DNA of 64,000 nt from a virus (taxonomy: Duplodnaviria > Caudoviricetes). Positions 8,324 through 19,164 of this stretch are shown here, one piece after another (the stretch's first letter is position 1; each line of letters starts with the position of its first letter). The notes under the pieces were generated by a model. The model was not told the DNA's origin, did no database searches, and was given only the letters and a program-made list of their open reading frames with translations. The DNA lies in IMG/VR virus record IMGVR_UViG_3300030433_002104, positions 41,192 through 105,191 of that record; one strand, given 5' to 3'. The translations under genes and the position numbers were made by a program.

Positions 8324-9977
8324 GAAACGAATTTTATTCTGTAGTGAAGCTACTTTTCTAAACACGGGTTATGCTACATATACAAGAGAGATCTTGAACT
8401 ATCTTCATTCTACAGGCAAATATGAAATTGCTGAGATGGGATGTTATGGAATGATAGGAGACCCTAAAGCTGCGGACATACCTTGGAAGTTTTATGGTGT
8501 AGTACCACCAGAGAATTTTCCCGAAGAGAAGAAAAAAGAGTACCACTCTAAACCTACAAACCAGTTTGGAGAATGGATATTTGAGGAAGTGTGTTTAGAC
8601 TTCATGCCAGATATTGTCTGTGATATTCGTGACTTCTGGATGCTAGACTTTGCAGAACGATCTCCCTATAGAGATTATTTTAAGTGGTGCATAATGCCAA
8701 CTGTTGATGCTAGACCACAAGCAAGACAGTGGATAGCCACTTATGAGGGAGCTGATGCCTGTCTATCATATTCTGATTGGGCTGGTGGTATTTTGGAGGA
8801 TCAATCCGGTGGGAAGATAAACTATATAGGATGTGCTCCTCCATCTGCTCACCCTGCGTATCAACCTGTAGAAGATAAGGACATGCACAAAGTAAATGTT
8901 GGAATTGACCCTGCCTTCAAGGTTATTGGGACTGTCATGAGGAATCAGCGTAGAAAGCTTTTCCCAGACTTGTTTGAAGCGTTTAGAAAGTTCTTAGACG
9001 CATCGGAAGATAAAAATTATTACCTATACTGTCACACTAGTTACCCAGACTTAGGCTGGGATATACCAGAGCTGATCCATCAAAATGAGTTGGCATCTAA
9101 AGTTATGCTGACATACATATGTAAAGAAACTGGCAGGCCGTTTCCTTCTTTATTTAAAGGGGCAGTAATTCAATCCCCATTTACTGGAAGACGCAGTGCT
9201 GTTGTGTGCAGTGTTAAAGATGGGGCGACTTATGAAGATTTAGCTTCAATTATCAACACGTTTGATGTCTATATTCAGTATGCAAACTCAGAAGGTTTTG
9301 GACTTCCTCAAGTAGAAGCAGCTGCCTGTGGAGTGCCTGTCATGTCAACAGACTACTCAGCGATGGAAAGCGAAGTGCGTAAACTTGGAGGCGTACCGCT
9401 AAAGCCAAGAGCTTTATACAAAGAACTTGAAACTGGCTGTTACAGGGCAGTGCCCGACAACGACAACACCGCTAAAGAACTATTGAAGTTCTTCTCGCTT
9501 AGTCAGGAAGAAAGAGACGAGCTTGGTAAGACTGCTCGTAAAAACTTTGAAGAAAAGTACCAATGGCATTTGAGCGGTGCGATGTGGGAAAACTACTTCG
9601 ACAGTGTAGAAATTCTTCCAATAGAGCAGACTTGGTTATCTCCACCCAAGATTAGACAGCCAGAGCCAAAGCCTCAAGAACTACCTCAAAATGTAACGCA
9701 TCAAGGTCTAGCAAAATGGCTTATATCTAGCGTATTATGCGAGCCAGAAAAGCTTGACAGTTTTACGGAGGCAAGGCTGTGTAGAGATTTATCCTATCAA
9801 AGCTCAACGGGAACCACTGGAGGAATGTACTACAACGAAAGCTCGGCAGCTTTTGACGGCGCAGCTACTAGGAACCCATTCAACTTTGATATTGCATATA
9901 ACCACTTGAAGGCTTTGTGTGAGAGAAGAAATCACTGGGAACAAGTTAGATGGCAAAGGATGCAGAATATTAGATGA
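8316..9977 (+). CDS. GT-B glycosyltransferase (GT4 family)
   Basis: TGYATY, MRNQRRK and SEGFGLPQVEAAACGVP (EX7E) motifs. Confidence 0.9.
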   Translation: MRKKRILFCSEATFLNTGYATYTREILNYLHSTGKYEIAEMGCYGMIGDPKAADIPWKFYGVVPPENFPEEKKKEYHSKPTNQFGEWIFEEVCLDFMPDIVCDIRDFWMLDFAERSPYRDYFKWCIMPTVDARPQARQWIATYEGADACLSYSDWAGGILEDQSGGKINYIGCAPPSAHPAYQPVEDKDMHKVNVGIDPAFKVIGTVMRNQRRKLFPDLFEAFRKFLDASEDKNYYLYCHTSYPDLGWDIPELIHQNELASKVMLTYICKETGRPFPSLFKGAVIQSPFTGRRSAVVCSVKDGATYEDLASIINTFDVYIQYANSEGFGLPQVEAAACGVPVMSTDYSAMESEVRKLGGVPLKPRALYKELETGCYRAVPDNDNTAKELLKFFSLSQEERDELGKTARKNFEEKYQWHLSGAMWENYFDSVEILPIEQTWLSPPKIRQPEPKPQELPQNVTHQGLAKWLISSVLCEPEKLDSFTEARLCRDLSYQSSTGTTGGMYYNESSAAFDGAATRNPFNFDIAYNHLKALCERRNHWEQVRWQRMQNIR

Positions 9978-10786
9978 TAAGTTTTATTGTACAAGGGCCA
10001 GTGTCAGAATCTACACAAAACACAGTAGACTCTATACTGGAACATTATCCAGACTCGGAAATAATCTTAGCGTCTACCAATGGAGTAACAGATGTAGACA
10101 ATGTAGACAAGATACACTTGGATGGTCATGATGAAGAAGTAATACTAAATAAACAAATACTCAGCAGTAGAGCTGTAAACAAAGCTAAGTTTGATGTAGC
10201 CTGCAAGGTAAGAAACGATATTGTTTTTACAAATAACAACTTAATGAATTTCGTCAATGGTGAGTTACTTTCGCAGGAGCCTCATCAGAGACTGGAAACC
10301 CATCGCTTGTTTGACAGGCTTGTTCTTTCCAGTAATTACTTTTTCTGCAACCCAGAAACATCAGGGTTTTACTATCATCCATCGGACTGGATTTTCTTAG
10401 GACTTACATCAGACCTGAAAAAACTCTTCAACATTCCGCTGCAAGACCCAAAGGAAAACGTTTACTACTTGGAAGAAGAGGTGGTATTACCTTTTGGGGA
10501 CGTGATCACTGGCGAAAGAATGAAATATAGACCAGAGCAATATATATTTGTAACTGCTCTAAATGAGGCTGGCTTCGATGTATCTCTTGACTACGAATAC
10601 CAAAAACCAGAAGATCAATTGTCGGCTTATAGATTTATAGCAAACAATTTTTATATATCAGACGCAGGAGAGGACTCTGGATTTCACTGTTCCAAGTATC
10701 CGCGCAACGTGGGAGAACACCCACATCTACTAAACAATCATCAATGTAACCTATTAAGAGAAGCTATGCTAGAGGAAGTTAAATGA
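9974..10786 (+). CDS. WavE lipopolysaccharide-synthesis family protein
   Basis: ISFIVQGPV, YPDSEIILAST, NKQILSS, KVRND, YHPSDWIFLG and PEQY motifs. Confidence 0.75.
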   Translation: MISFIVQGPVSESTQNTVDSILEHYPDSEIILASTNGVTDVDNVDKIHLDGHDEEVILNKQILSSRAVNKAKFDVACKVRNDIVFTNNNLMNFVNGELLSQEPHQRLETHRLFDRLVLSSNYFFCNPETSGFYYHPSDWIFLGLTSDLKKLFNIPLQDPKENVYYLEEEVVLPFGDVITGERMKYRPEQYIFVTALNEAGFDVSLDYEYQKPEDQLSAYRFIANNFYISDAGEDSGFHCSKYPRNVGEHPHLLNNHQCNLLREAMLEEVK

Positions 10787-11898
10787 AGGTTTTATATATA
10801 GCACATTACAAAGAAGGCACTGGCTGGTCGCAAGCAGCTATTGATTATATACTTGCGATGGACTCTGTAGGGATTGACGTAGCTTGTCGCAATGTTTCTC
10901 TAACTGGAGCCAACGCCGAAGTCCCTCAAAGGATTTTAGAGCTAGAACAGAAGGATATATCAGACGCTGAGGTATGTATCCAACACGTTTTACCGCACCA
11001 TTTGGTGGGCTCAGATAAGTTTAAAAAGAACATAGCACTCTTTGTCTCTGAGACATCAAGTATTAAGATGAATCCTTGGTTTGTACATTTAGAACAGATG
11101 GATGAGGTGTGGGTTCCAAGTGAACACCTTTGGGATAGTATGTCTCAGGACAATATAAATGCTGTCGTCAAGGTAGTACCGCACGCATTTGAGATGTCAA
11201 AGTATAAAAAGAAATATCCTCAAATGTTAAACCAACAAACAGACGGTACATTTAAGTTCTATTATATTGGCGATCTTAACCAGCGTAAAAATATCGAATC
11301 AATACTTAGATGCTTCCATAGCGAGTTTGATGTTTCTGAGCCAGCGTCTCTCATACTAAAAGTAAACAAGTTCGGGCACGATCCACAGCAAGTCCATCAG
11401 GTTGTTGATGGTATATCTCAAAAAATAAAGCATGAGCTACGGATGTACGATGACGTAAGAATGTACAAACAGGAAGCAGTTCTCTCGTCAAGAATACCAG
11501 AAGAAGACCTATACGGCTTACACCAATACTGCGATTGTTTTATATGTCCATCTCATGGCGAAGCGTGGTCTATCCCATCGTTTGATGCTATGGCCTTTGG
11601 CAACACCCCAATCTGTAGTGATTTTGGTGGCCCTAGAGATTTTATAGATAAAGACAACAAGAATACTGGATGGGTTGTTTCAGGTGTGGATTCCGTATGC
11701 ACTTACACTGACGCAGCTTTCAAAGAAATATTTACTGGAAGAGAAACTTGGGTAACGCCAAACGAGTCTGAGATTAAAAGAGCTATGAGATATTACTATG
11801 AGAATAGAAATGATAGCTCAGATGGGCTAGAAAGAGCTGAGCAGTTCTCTTACGAAAACGTAGGCAATTTAATTAAGGAATTTTTAGGTGGTAAGTAG
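10783..11898 (+). CDS. GT-B glycosyltransferase (GT4 family)
   Basis: DEVWVPS, RKNI and PSHGEAWSIPSFDAMAFG motifs. Confidence 0.88.
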   Translation: MKVLYIAHYKEGTGWSQAAIDYILAMDSVGIDVACRNVSLTGANAEVPQRILELEQKDISDAEVCIQHVLPHHLVGSDKFKKNIALFVSETSSIKMNPWFVHLEQMDEVWVPSEHLWDSMSQDNINAVVKVVPHAFEMSKYKKKYPQMLNQQTDGTFKFYYIGDLNQRKNIESILRCFHSEFDVSEPASLILKVNKFGHDPQQVHQVVDGISQKIKHELRMYDDVRMYKQEAVLSSRIPEEDLYGLHQYCDCFICPSHGEAWSIPSFDAMAFGNTPICSDFGGPRDFIDKDNKNTGWVVSGVDSVCTYTDAAFKEIFTGRETWVTPNESEIKRAMRYYYENRNDSSDGLERAEQFSYENVGNLIKEFLGGK

Positions 11899-12913
11899 TC
11901 ATAAAATTAGAATACCAGCATTGCCTCCATCGGTGGAGACAAGAAATATAATCAGCAAGGTTGGAGAGAGTAAAAAAGATAAATATACAATCTTGACTTT
12001 TCCGACGCACGAAAGATATGAAACGGGACTGGCTAAAACAGGTCACGACTTCTATGCTTTCAGGTCTGAAGGTTTAAAGGACTGGAATACAAATTATGGG
12101 CAAGTACCGCCCAACTATTACCTACTTCCACCTGAGTCTATCTTTAACGGTATACAGTTTGATTTCATCCTGTCTCAGAGTAAGTTTGGTCAGTTCCAAA
12201 CCGCAAAACTTTTACAGGAGCGATTAGGAGTTCCTTTAGTGTCTTTGGAGCACACGCTGCCTACATCAAATGTAAAGCCAGAGTGGTTAGAAGAAATCAG
12301 AACTATGTCTGGAGATATTGACGTTTTTATCTCAGAGTATTCTAGAGACGAATGGAAAATTAATAGCACAAAGTCTGAGGTAGTTCATCACTGTGTAGAC
12401 TCGGAATTGTTTAAGCCATCAGATGTTGAACAATCGCCATATGTTTTGAGCGTTGTCAACGACTTTAGAGGTAGAGACTATTGTTGTAACTATTCAGGAT
12501 GGGAGCGAGTGACTGAAGGATTAGAGACAAAGGTGGTAGGGGAAAATGGAGATTTGGGAAGCCCCGCAGAGTCAGTAGAAAAACTTGTCGAAGAATATAA
12601 TAGTGCGCAAGTTTTCCTTAATACATCCACGGTTAGTCCAATCCCAACCGCCCTCTTGGAAGCAATGTCTTGCGGATGCGCTGTAGTTACAACCGCCACA
12701 TGTATGATACCTGAAATAGTTAAAAATGGTGTGAATGGTTTTATCTCTAACGATGAAAAGGAATTGCGTGGATATATAGAACAATTATTGGAAGACGAAG
12801 AATTAAGAAACAAACTTGGACAAGAAGCGAGAAAGACAATACTGGAAGACTTTTCAGAACAACGTTTTCTTGAATCTTGGGCAGACATATTTGACAAAGC
12901 TTACGGAGTATAA
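11888..12913 (+). CDS. GT-B glycosyltransferase (GT4 family)
   Basis: PTALLEAMSCGCAVV, PEIVKNGVNG and LRNKLGQEARKTI motifs; start uncertain. Confidence 0.88.
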   Translation: MVSSHKIRIPALPPSVETRNIISKVGESKKDKYTILTFPTHERYETGLAKTGHDFYAFRSEGLKDWNTNYGQVPPNYYLLPPESIFNGIQFDFILSQSKFGQFQTAKLLQERLGVPLVSLEHTLPTSNVKPEWLEEIRTMSGDIDVFISEYSRDEWKINSTKSEVVHHCVDSELFKPSDVEQSPYVLSVVNDFRGRDYCCNYSGWERVTEGLETKVVGENGDLGSPAESVEKLVEEYNSAQVFLNTSTVSPIPTALLEAMSCGCAVVTTATCMIPEIVKNGVNGFISNDEKELRGYIEQLLEDEELRNKLGQEARKTILEDFSEQRFLESWADIFDKAYGV

Positions 12914-12915
12914 AA

Positions 12916-13338
12916 ATGAAATTACATATAGTAAACCCAGAACAAGATGTGATTGAAGGCTATGAGCGCGTTGATGTAGTCAACGGAGCTATAGACTTAT
13001 CACAGTATGCTGAAAATGAGTGCGACTTTATTCTAGCATCTGACTCTCTAAACGGCATGAGTATAGAACAGGCTCATCAAGCAGTTTTTGAGATTACTAA
13101 AAAGATGCGAAGAAATGCCAAGCTAGTTATTGGAGGGCTAGACATTAGACTCGTTGCCAGACACATAGTGCGTGGCGGCTGGAATACGCCAGAGGCGAAC
13201 CAGAATATCTTTTCTAACAGCTCCTGCTTGGATGTTAATTATACTAGAAATTTATTAGCAAGCTGTGGACTTACAATAGAATCAACTAGAGTTTTAGGAT
13301 TATCTTATGAAATCGAAGCAACAAGAAAGCTGGGCTAA
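12916..13338 (+). CDS. Hypothetical protein, degenerate SAM-methyltransferase-like
   Basis: ENECDFILAS and KKMRRNAKLVI resemble methyltransferase motifs; no GxG motif I. Confidence 0.45.
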   Translation: MKLHIVNPEQDVIEGYERVDVVNGAIDLSQYAENECDFILASDSLNGMSIEQAHQAVFEITKKMRRNAKLVIGGLDIRLVARHIVRGGWNTPEANQNIFSNSSCLDVNYTRNLLASCGLTIESTRVLGLSYEIEATRKLG

Positions 13339-14056
13339 AACCTCTTGCAGAGAGTGCAATCTTGCAGTATTTGAGGGCAACAAGCAAACAGGATGTCAGG
13401 CCAAAAGGTTAAAAAAGTTTGCGAGCATAGTTCACTCGTATGATGATGAAAAAGAGTTCTACGTTATAAACGACGCTTGCAACTATTATTCGTCCACAGA
13501 AACCATGGAACAAGTTGTACAGAGGAAAAAAGTCAAATTCGGCATTGTTGTAAACGTAGATGAAAAGAACATAAATCTAGAAGCTACAGTTAATTCCATT
13601 GTCAATTCTGGATACCAGTCAGATAAGATGTCTGTTATCATAGTACATAGAGGCAATACTAACGAAGATATTAAAAAAGCTGTAATATCTGGACTGAAAA
13701 CGCTAGAGGATAAAGACATACCTTGCATTGCTGTGGCATTGGCAAAGCACGCCGATATTGACTATGAGTCTTTTAAGCACACTAATGGATGCAACTATTG
13801 CTGCAGGGTTTATGCAGGACAGTTGATATATCCGAACACTTTTGCGTTTATTAACAATCATCTTAATTTGAGCCTTGGCAAGAGTGTCTACTTTAGACAG
13901 CCAGAGGAGCCAAACAACATTAATATCATACTAAGAAAAGTTATTTCTCTTAGGTATTTGAATTATGGTAACTATTCTGATTTTGAACAGGGCGTAGCTG
14001 AAGAAGCAAAACAAGAGAATTTGTATATAGAAATAAAAGATGCGAAGAAACACTAA
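13307..14056 (+). CDS. Hypothetical protein with N-terminal Cys cluster and degenerate GT-A-like domain
   Basis: CRECN...C...CNYY, then LEATVNSIVNSGY...VIIV; no DxD. Confidence 0.45.
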   Translation: MKSKQQESWAKTSCRECNLAVFEGNKQTGCQAKRLKKFASIVHSYDDEKEFYVINDACNYYSSTETMEQVVQRKKVKFGIVVNVDEKNINLEATVNSIVNSGYQSDKMSVIIVHRGNTNEDIKKAVISGLKTLEDKDIPCIAVALAKHADIDYESFKHTNGCNYCCRVYAGQLIYPNTFAFINNHLNLSLGKSVYFRQPEEPNNINIILRKVISLRYLNYGNYSDFEQGVAEEAKQENLYIEIKDAKKH

Positions 14057-14813
14057 TTTTATAACGTCGCCAAGAGAGAAGGCTTCGGGCGAAAGGGTTG
14101 ATGACTTTGTTAGCATCATACTTTTGTCGGAGAACTGCGGCTATAGAATGAAATCATACGGGCCAATACCGCTCCTAAAGATAGGCGGCAAGTGCTTAAT
14201 TGATACGCAAATAGAAGAAATACAAAGTGTTTTTTCAGAGTTTGAAATTATACTATGCAGTGGCTTTGGGTCTACAAAAATAGCAAAGTATATCAGAGAG
14301 CAATACCCAGCGTTGAACATTAGGATAGTAGAAAACCAATTATATGAGTATTCAAATTCCTGTGAAAGTTTAAGACTATGTTTAAATAACACAACTAACA
14401 ATAAAGTCCTAGTTTGTAACGGCGAACTAATGATAAATAGGGATGTATTGTCGCTTATAAGTTTGAAATCTTCTTTTATAGTCTCAGAATCTGTTGACAA
14501 TGACAATTTAGAAGTTGGAGTTACTATCAACGAACGAGGACATACTGAGAATTTTTGCTATGGTATTGAAAACACTTGGTCAGAAATACTATTCTTGCAT
14601 GAAAAGAGTATCGTAGAAACCATACGCGCTATAATATCAGACGCTGAGTATAAGAACAAATTTATCTTTGAGGCGCTCAACGAGCTAAGCAGGACAAAGC
14701 ACAGGCTATCAGTAGTAGAAAACAACATCGCACCAATAACCAAAATAAATAACATAAAAACTTATCATCAAATTAGGAAGACAAATGAAAGCACTAATAC
14801 AAAACTACATTAA
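14040..14813 (+). CDS. Nucleotidyltransferase-fold protein (LicC/NTP_transf-like), degenerate active-site loop
   Basis: IILLSENCGYRMKSYGP.PLLKIGGKCLID, IILCSGF, ENQLYEYSNSCESL, VCNGEL. Confidence 0.7.
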   Translation: MRRNTNFITSPREKASGERVDDFVSIILLSENCGYRMKSYGPIPLLKIGGKCLIDTQIEEIQSVFSEFEIILCSGFGSTKIAKYIREQYPALNIRIVENQLYEYSNSCESLRLCLNNTTNNKVLVCNGELMINRDVLSLISLKSSFIVSESVDNDNLEVGVTINERGHTENFCYGIENTWSEILFLHEKSIVETIRAIISDAEYKNKFIFEALNELSRTKHRLSVVENNIAPITKINNIKTYHQIRKTNESTNTKLH

Positions 14814-15660
14814 TGGCGAGAGTACAGAGGCTGGCTATATTACTGAGTGTTTAAATAGAGCCGGTGTAGAGGCTCAGTTATGGGCAGATGGAATGAGTGC
14901 ATACGACAAGATGGACTTGTTTTCTCCAGATGTCGTGTTTGCACACTATATGTTTCTTACAGGAGACATTATACGGTATTTGTCAAATAGCCAGATACAG
15001 ATTGTTATCAACGTGACAGGCATACAACAGCATGAGCTGGATACTATTGTGAAAGAGATTAAGGATAAAAATGTTAACTGCCCATTCATGTTTAGCAATC
15101 TTCCTAGAGAGGCTATCAAGGTTAAGACAAATGACATTAAGATCCACAGCATAATGAGCGCTGCCGATGTATTCTTAACATCTACTGATTACTTTGATAA
15201 CTTTGACATAGATCTAGGCATTGTATCAGATTATGATGCAACATCTAAGTTTTCTGAAGATACGGCAGACATTCGGAGCTGGCACTTCCTTAGCACATCA
15301 CCAGACTTACAGTCTTCAGACATACTAGCGCCAATACAGCAAATGCCTAGCCTATATCCTAGATACAAAAAGATAATTGTTACGGTAGACGGGCCAAGAA
15401 TTCCACAACATTTCTTTGACGCAATTATGCATGGTAATGAAGTATCGTTTAAAAGCAAATACAACATGCAAGACGAGGTGTCGCAAAAAGTTATTGCTAA
15501 GCTACTAGGAGAAGACAGCAGCAAGTGGAAATCTTCTGTGGAAAAGAAGCATACATGCATTAATAGAGTTGACAAGCTCTTATCGCTGCTAGGTGTAAAG
15601 GATGTTGCCAAAAATATAGGAAAGGCTAAAAATGATAACAGTAATACTCAATGGCTATAA
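14785..15660 (+). CDS. Hypothetical protein, possibly degenerate GT-B/CgeB-like
   Basis: FSPDVVF near the N-terminus and KKHTCINRV at the C-terminus (HTyxxR-like); within the glycan cluster. Confidence 0.45.
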   Translation: MKALIQNYINGESTEAGYITECLNRAGVEAQLWADGMSAYDKMDLFSPDVVFAHYMFLTGDIIRYLSNSQIQIVINVTGIQQHELDTIVKEIKDKNVNCPFMFSNLPREAIKVKTNDIKIHSIMSAADVFLTSTDYFDNFDIDLGIVSDYDATSKFSEDTADIRSWHFLSTSPDLQSSDILAPIQQMPSLYPRYKKIIVTVDGPRIPQHFFDAIMHGNEVSFKSKYNMQDEVSQKVIAKLLGEDSSKWKSSVEKKHTCINRVDKLLSLLGVKDVAKNIGKAKNDNSNTQWL

Positions 15661-16372
15661 AAGACCGCAAGCATTAAAAGAGCAATACGAGGCACTTAAA
15701 AAACAAACGTTTGATGATTTTAAGGTGATGCTTTGGTGCAACTATGACGAAGACTCATACGACAAGTTTCCTAAAGAAGTAGTAGAGAACTGCACAACTG
15801 CGATGTGTAACGAAAACCTTGGTGTTTGGGCTAGGTTTGCATATGCTTTAAATGCTGAAACCAAGTACATATGTATGCTTGACGATGATACAATTCCCGG
15901 AAGTAAGTGGCTGGAAAACTGCGTAACAACCATGCAGACACACTTGGGACTGTTGGGTTGTCGTGGCGTGAGAATGACAGGTGATGATTACGCAAATTAT
16001 CCGGCTTGTCAGTACGAGGCTTTTGGAGCTGCCAATCCTAGCAACGAAGTAGAGCCTGTAGATATTATGGGGCACTGTTGGTTCTTTGAAAGAGAGTGGT
16101 TAAGGGCGTACTGGGCAGACATGCCTAGCACACGACTGACTGCTGGCGGAGAAGACATGCACTTTTCATATGTGCTACAAAAGCACTATGGGCTAAAGAC
16201 TTATGTTCCTCCTCATCCAGCGGACGACATGGAAATGTGGGGCTCAACAGATCCACAGAAGTATGGAGAAGATATGTCAGCAACTTCGCGTACTGGATTA
16301 GGGCACGCACAGGCAAATGCATATTGGAAATTCATAGTTTCCACAGGATACACTTTAGTAAAGGATATGTAA
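15632..16372 (+). CDS. GT-A glycosyltransferase (GT2-like)
   Basis: ITVILNGYKR, ICMLDDD and GEDMHFS motifs. Confidence 0.85.
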   Translation: MITVILNGYKRPQALKEQYEALKKQTFDDFKVMLWCNYDEDSYDKFPKEVVENCTTAMCNENLGVWARFAYALNAETKYICMLDDDTIPGSKWLENCVTTMQTHLGLLGCRGVRMTGDDYANYPACQYEAFGAANPSNEVEPVDIMGHCWFFEREWLRAYWADMPSTRLTAGGEDMHFSYVLQKHYGLKTYVPPHPADDMEMWGSTDPQKYGEDMSATSRTGLGHAQANAYWKFIVSTGYTLVKDM

Positions 16373-17400
16373 TGTTAGTTATATCATTTGGAACTAGGCC
16401 GGAATGGATTAAGATCAAACCTGTAATAGACAAGATACAAGGTAAAATACCATTTAAACTGCTCTTTACTGGGCAGCATACATCTCTAATAGATAGTAGC
16501 ATAGAAAATTACGACTATCAAACTTTAAGGATTGACGATTCGTTAGGCGGCTGTAGGCTAGATGCGATAGTCTGCTCAGTGTTAGATAACCTAAGTACAT
16601 TAGATGAGGCGTCCGCAGTCATGGTGCAGGGCGACACTACTTCAGCTTTTGCTGTGGCTTTGGGCGCTTTTCATAGAGGTATCCCAGTCATTCATCTTGA
16701 GGCAGGACTAAGAACATTTGATAAATTTAATCCGTATCCAGAAGAATTCAATAGGTGCTCTATTTCTTCTATGGCAGACATACACCTGTGCCCAACCATA
16801 TCTTCTGCACACAACGTTATGAGACACAACAATTCAAACGAAGGCGTACACGTTGTTGGCAACACAGTATTAGACAATCTTGTAGATTACAAGGTAAAAT
16901 CTGAAGACTTTGTTCTTGTCACAATGCATCGCAGAGAGAACCACAAAATGATACAAGACTGGTTTATCCAGATCAATCATTTAGCCGCAACTACGCCAGA
17001 CCTAGAATTTATCCTTCCTCTTCACCCAAACCCAAACGTGAGAAAGTACGAATACCTACTCACAGATGTTACGGTTGTAGACCCACTTCCTTATCACGAG
17101 TGCATAGATCTTGTAAGTAGATGCAAGTTTCTCATAACAGATAGTGGAGGTTTGCAGGAGGAATCAAGCTTTTTTGGCAAGCGCTGTATAGTTTGTAGAA
17201 AAGTGTCTGAAAGGACTGAAGGGGTAGGAGACTTTGCCTTTATGTGCCTAACACCGGAAGACCTTCCCGGTCTCTATGAAAAAGTGTTAGAGGCTTGTGG
17301 TATAAAAGAAATAGTTACTTTACCGTGCCCATATGGAGATGGGTATGCAGCAGAAAAGATATTAGAAATACTGGAGGACGTAGAATGTCTAAGAAAGTAG
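16372..17400 (+). CDS. wecB: UDP-N-acetylglucosamine 2-epimerase (non-hydrolysing)
   Basis: GTRPE, TGQH, VQGDTTSA, HLEAGLRT, PYPEEFNR, HRREN, TDSGGLQEE, PYGDG; start via TAATG overlap at 16372. Confidence 0.93.
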   Translation: MLVISFGTRPEWIKIKPVIDKIQGKIPFKLLFTGQHTSLIDSSIENYDYQTLRIDDSLGGCRLDAIVCSVLDNLSTLDEASAVMVQGDTTSAFAVALGAFHRGIPVIHLEAGLRTFDKFNPYPEEFNRCSISSMADIHLCPTISSAHNVMRHNNSNEGVHVVGNTVLDNLVDYKVKSEDFVLVTMHRRENHKMIQDWFIQINHLAATTPDLEFILPLHPNPNVRKYEYLLTDVTVVDPLPYHECIDLVSRCKFLITDSGGLQEESSFFGKRCIVCRKVSERTEGVGDFAFMCLTPEDLPGLYEKVLEACGIKEIVTLPCPYGDGYAAEKILEILEDVECLRK

Positions 17401-18359
17401 TGGTTTTTGGTGGTGGCGGATTTGTGGGTTCAAGGCTCTGCCCAGCACTGCAAGACAAGTATGACCTGACAATAGTTGACACATTCTGGTTTTGGGATAG
17501 TGTTGAAGAATATAAAGAAAAAGTCGGGATCACAGCTAAGTGTATCCAAGAAGATACTAGGGATAAAGGAATATCCAAGATAATTAATAACGCGGATGCA
17601 GTTATAAACCTGTCGTGCTTATCTAATGACACGAGCTCCGACATAAACTATAACTTTACGCATGATGTTAGTTACAACGGCGTTATGAACGTTGTCGATA
17701 ATTGTATTAGAAAGAAGATTCCTAAACTAATACAGACATCCACCACGAGCGTATATGGCATCAAGCAAGGCAAGCTAGTTACTGAAAAAGAAATTCCTGA
17801 ACCAATTACACAATATGCGAAAATAAAAGCAGAGATAGACCATGTTTTGAGCTATTATATGGTATACGGAAATACTGGTATTACTTCGCTTAGACCGGCT
17901 ACGCTTTACGGATACTCACCAAGACTCAGACTTGACATCATGGTGAATACCATGCTAGACAGGGCCATCCGTGATAACAAGCTAATGGTTGAGGGTGGAG
18001 AACAATGCAGGCCGTGCCTACATGTTGATGATTTGTGCTTAGCTTATGCTGAGTGCTTAGAAAATCCAAACTCCAACGGCAAGATTTATAATGTCACTAA
18101 TGAGAATTACTCTGTAAACCAAGTTGTTGATCTTATAAAGCAAGCAGTACCAGAGGTAGAGATTCACTATCAACACGTATTAGACCAAAGGTCATACAAA
18201 ACAAGTTCAGCACTGATCAAAAAAGACTTAGGCTTGAAGTTTAGGAAAAAGCTAAAAACTTCAATCAAGAAGTTATACCAAGAGATTAAGTATGGTCATC
18301 ACGACCGCAGCAAAACCATTAATTTAAGAGTAATCAAAGGAGTCCTCAAGAATGGCTAG
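17385..18359 (+). CDS. NAD-dependent nucleotide-sugar epimerase/dehydratase (extended SDR)
   Basis: GGGGFVG, STTSVYG, YAKIK (YxxxK), RPATLYGYSPRLRLD, RPCLHVDD. Confidence 0.9.
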   Translation: MSKKVVVFGGGGFVGSRLCPALQDKYDLTIVDTFWFWDSVEEYKEKVGITAKCIQEDTRDKGISKIINNADAVINLSCLSNDTSSDINYNFTHDVSYNGVMNVVDNCIRKKIPKLIQTSTTSVYGIKQGKLVTEKEIPEPITQYAKIKAEIDHVLSYYMVYGNTGITSLRPATLYGYSPRLRLDIMVNTMLDRAIRDNKLMVEGGEQCRPCLHVDDLCLAYAECLENPNSNGKIYNVTNENYSVNQVVDLIKQAVPEVEIHYQHVLDQRSYKTSSALIKKDLGLKFRKKLKTSIKKLYQEIKYGHHDRSKTINLRVIKGVLKNG

Positions 18360-19164
18360 TATGAGCACACCGCCATCAAAAACGCCAGAAGCTGACTTTG
18401 AGGTAATTAAGTCAATGCTTTCCAACGGCGAAAACTTTTCCTTGTCTAGATTCTCAGACGGTGAATTGTTGGTGTGTAACGGTATTGAGGTAGCGATGCA
18501 GTCTGGCCATAATCAAATTGGCGAGGCTACATTTCATGCGGACAATAGCAAAGATGACATTAAGCATTTTGACCCTAAATTACACGGTGAGACACAAAAG
18601 AGGCTGTACAAGGCTTTATTATATAATGCGCCCAACTATTTTAAGGGGTTGAACTGCTATTGCTGTACCGCTAAAATGTGGAGCCCAGCATTAGTGACTA
18701 GAGAAAGACAGTTTGCGGGGTTTGATGTGTCTAGGCTGACTTGGGCCAATGTCCTCATAAACTCAAACTACAAAAGATTTATGGATGAGATTGTACCAAT
18801 ACTAAAGACTAGAAAGCTTTACATGGTCGTGAATGAAAATGCAGACTTAGACGCTTCTGAGTTTAACATAGAGCGTGCGTTTAGAGTTGGTCAAAACTGT
18901 ATGGTAAATGACATTGGCTTGATAGATGAAATTAAATCATATATAGATGATAACAGCGTCGTTGATGGCGTGTTCTTATGTGCGGCTTCTAGCCTATCCA
19001 ACATGATTATACATGAGTGTCACATGCATAACACAAATAATACATATATTGATATTGGTTCATCACTCAACCCACTACTGCCGGGAATCGGAAGTAGAAG
19101 AGAATATATGAAGCAACTAACCGGAGACATTCAACAAATGGAGAGCTGTAGATGGGGCTGGTAG
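18352..19164 (+). CDS. GT-D fold glycosyltransferase (DUF1792-like)
   Basis: FSLSRFSDGE and YIDIGS motifs. Confidence 0.7.
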   Translation: MASMSTPPSKTPEADFEVIKSMLSNGENFSLSRFSDGELLVCNGIEVAMQSGHNQIGEATFHADNSKDDIKHFDPKLHGETQKRLYKALLYNAPNYFKGLNCYCCTAKMWSPALVTRERQFAGFDVSRLTWANVLINSNYKRFMDEIVPILKTRKLYMVVNENADLDASEFNIERAFRVGQNCMVNDIGLIDEIKSYIDDNSVVDGVFLCAASSLSNMIIHECHMHNTNNTYIDIGSSLNPLLPGIGSRREYMKQLTGDIQQMESCRWGW

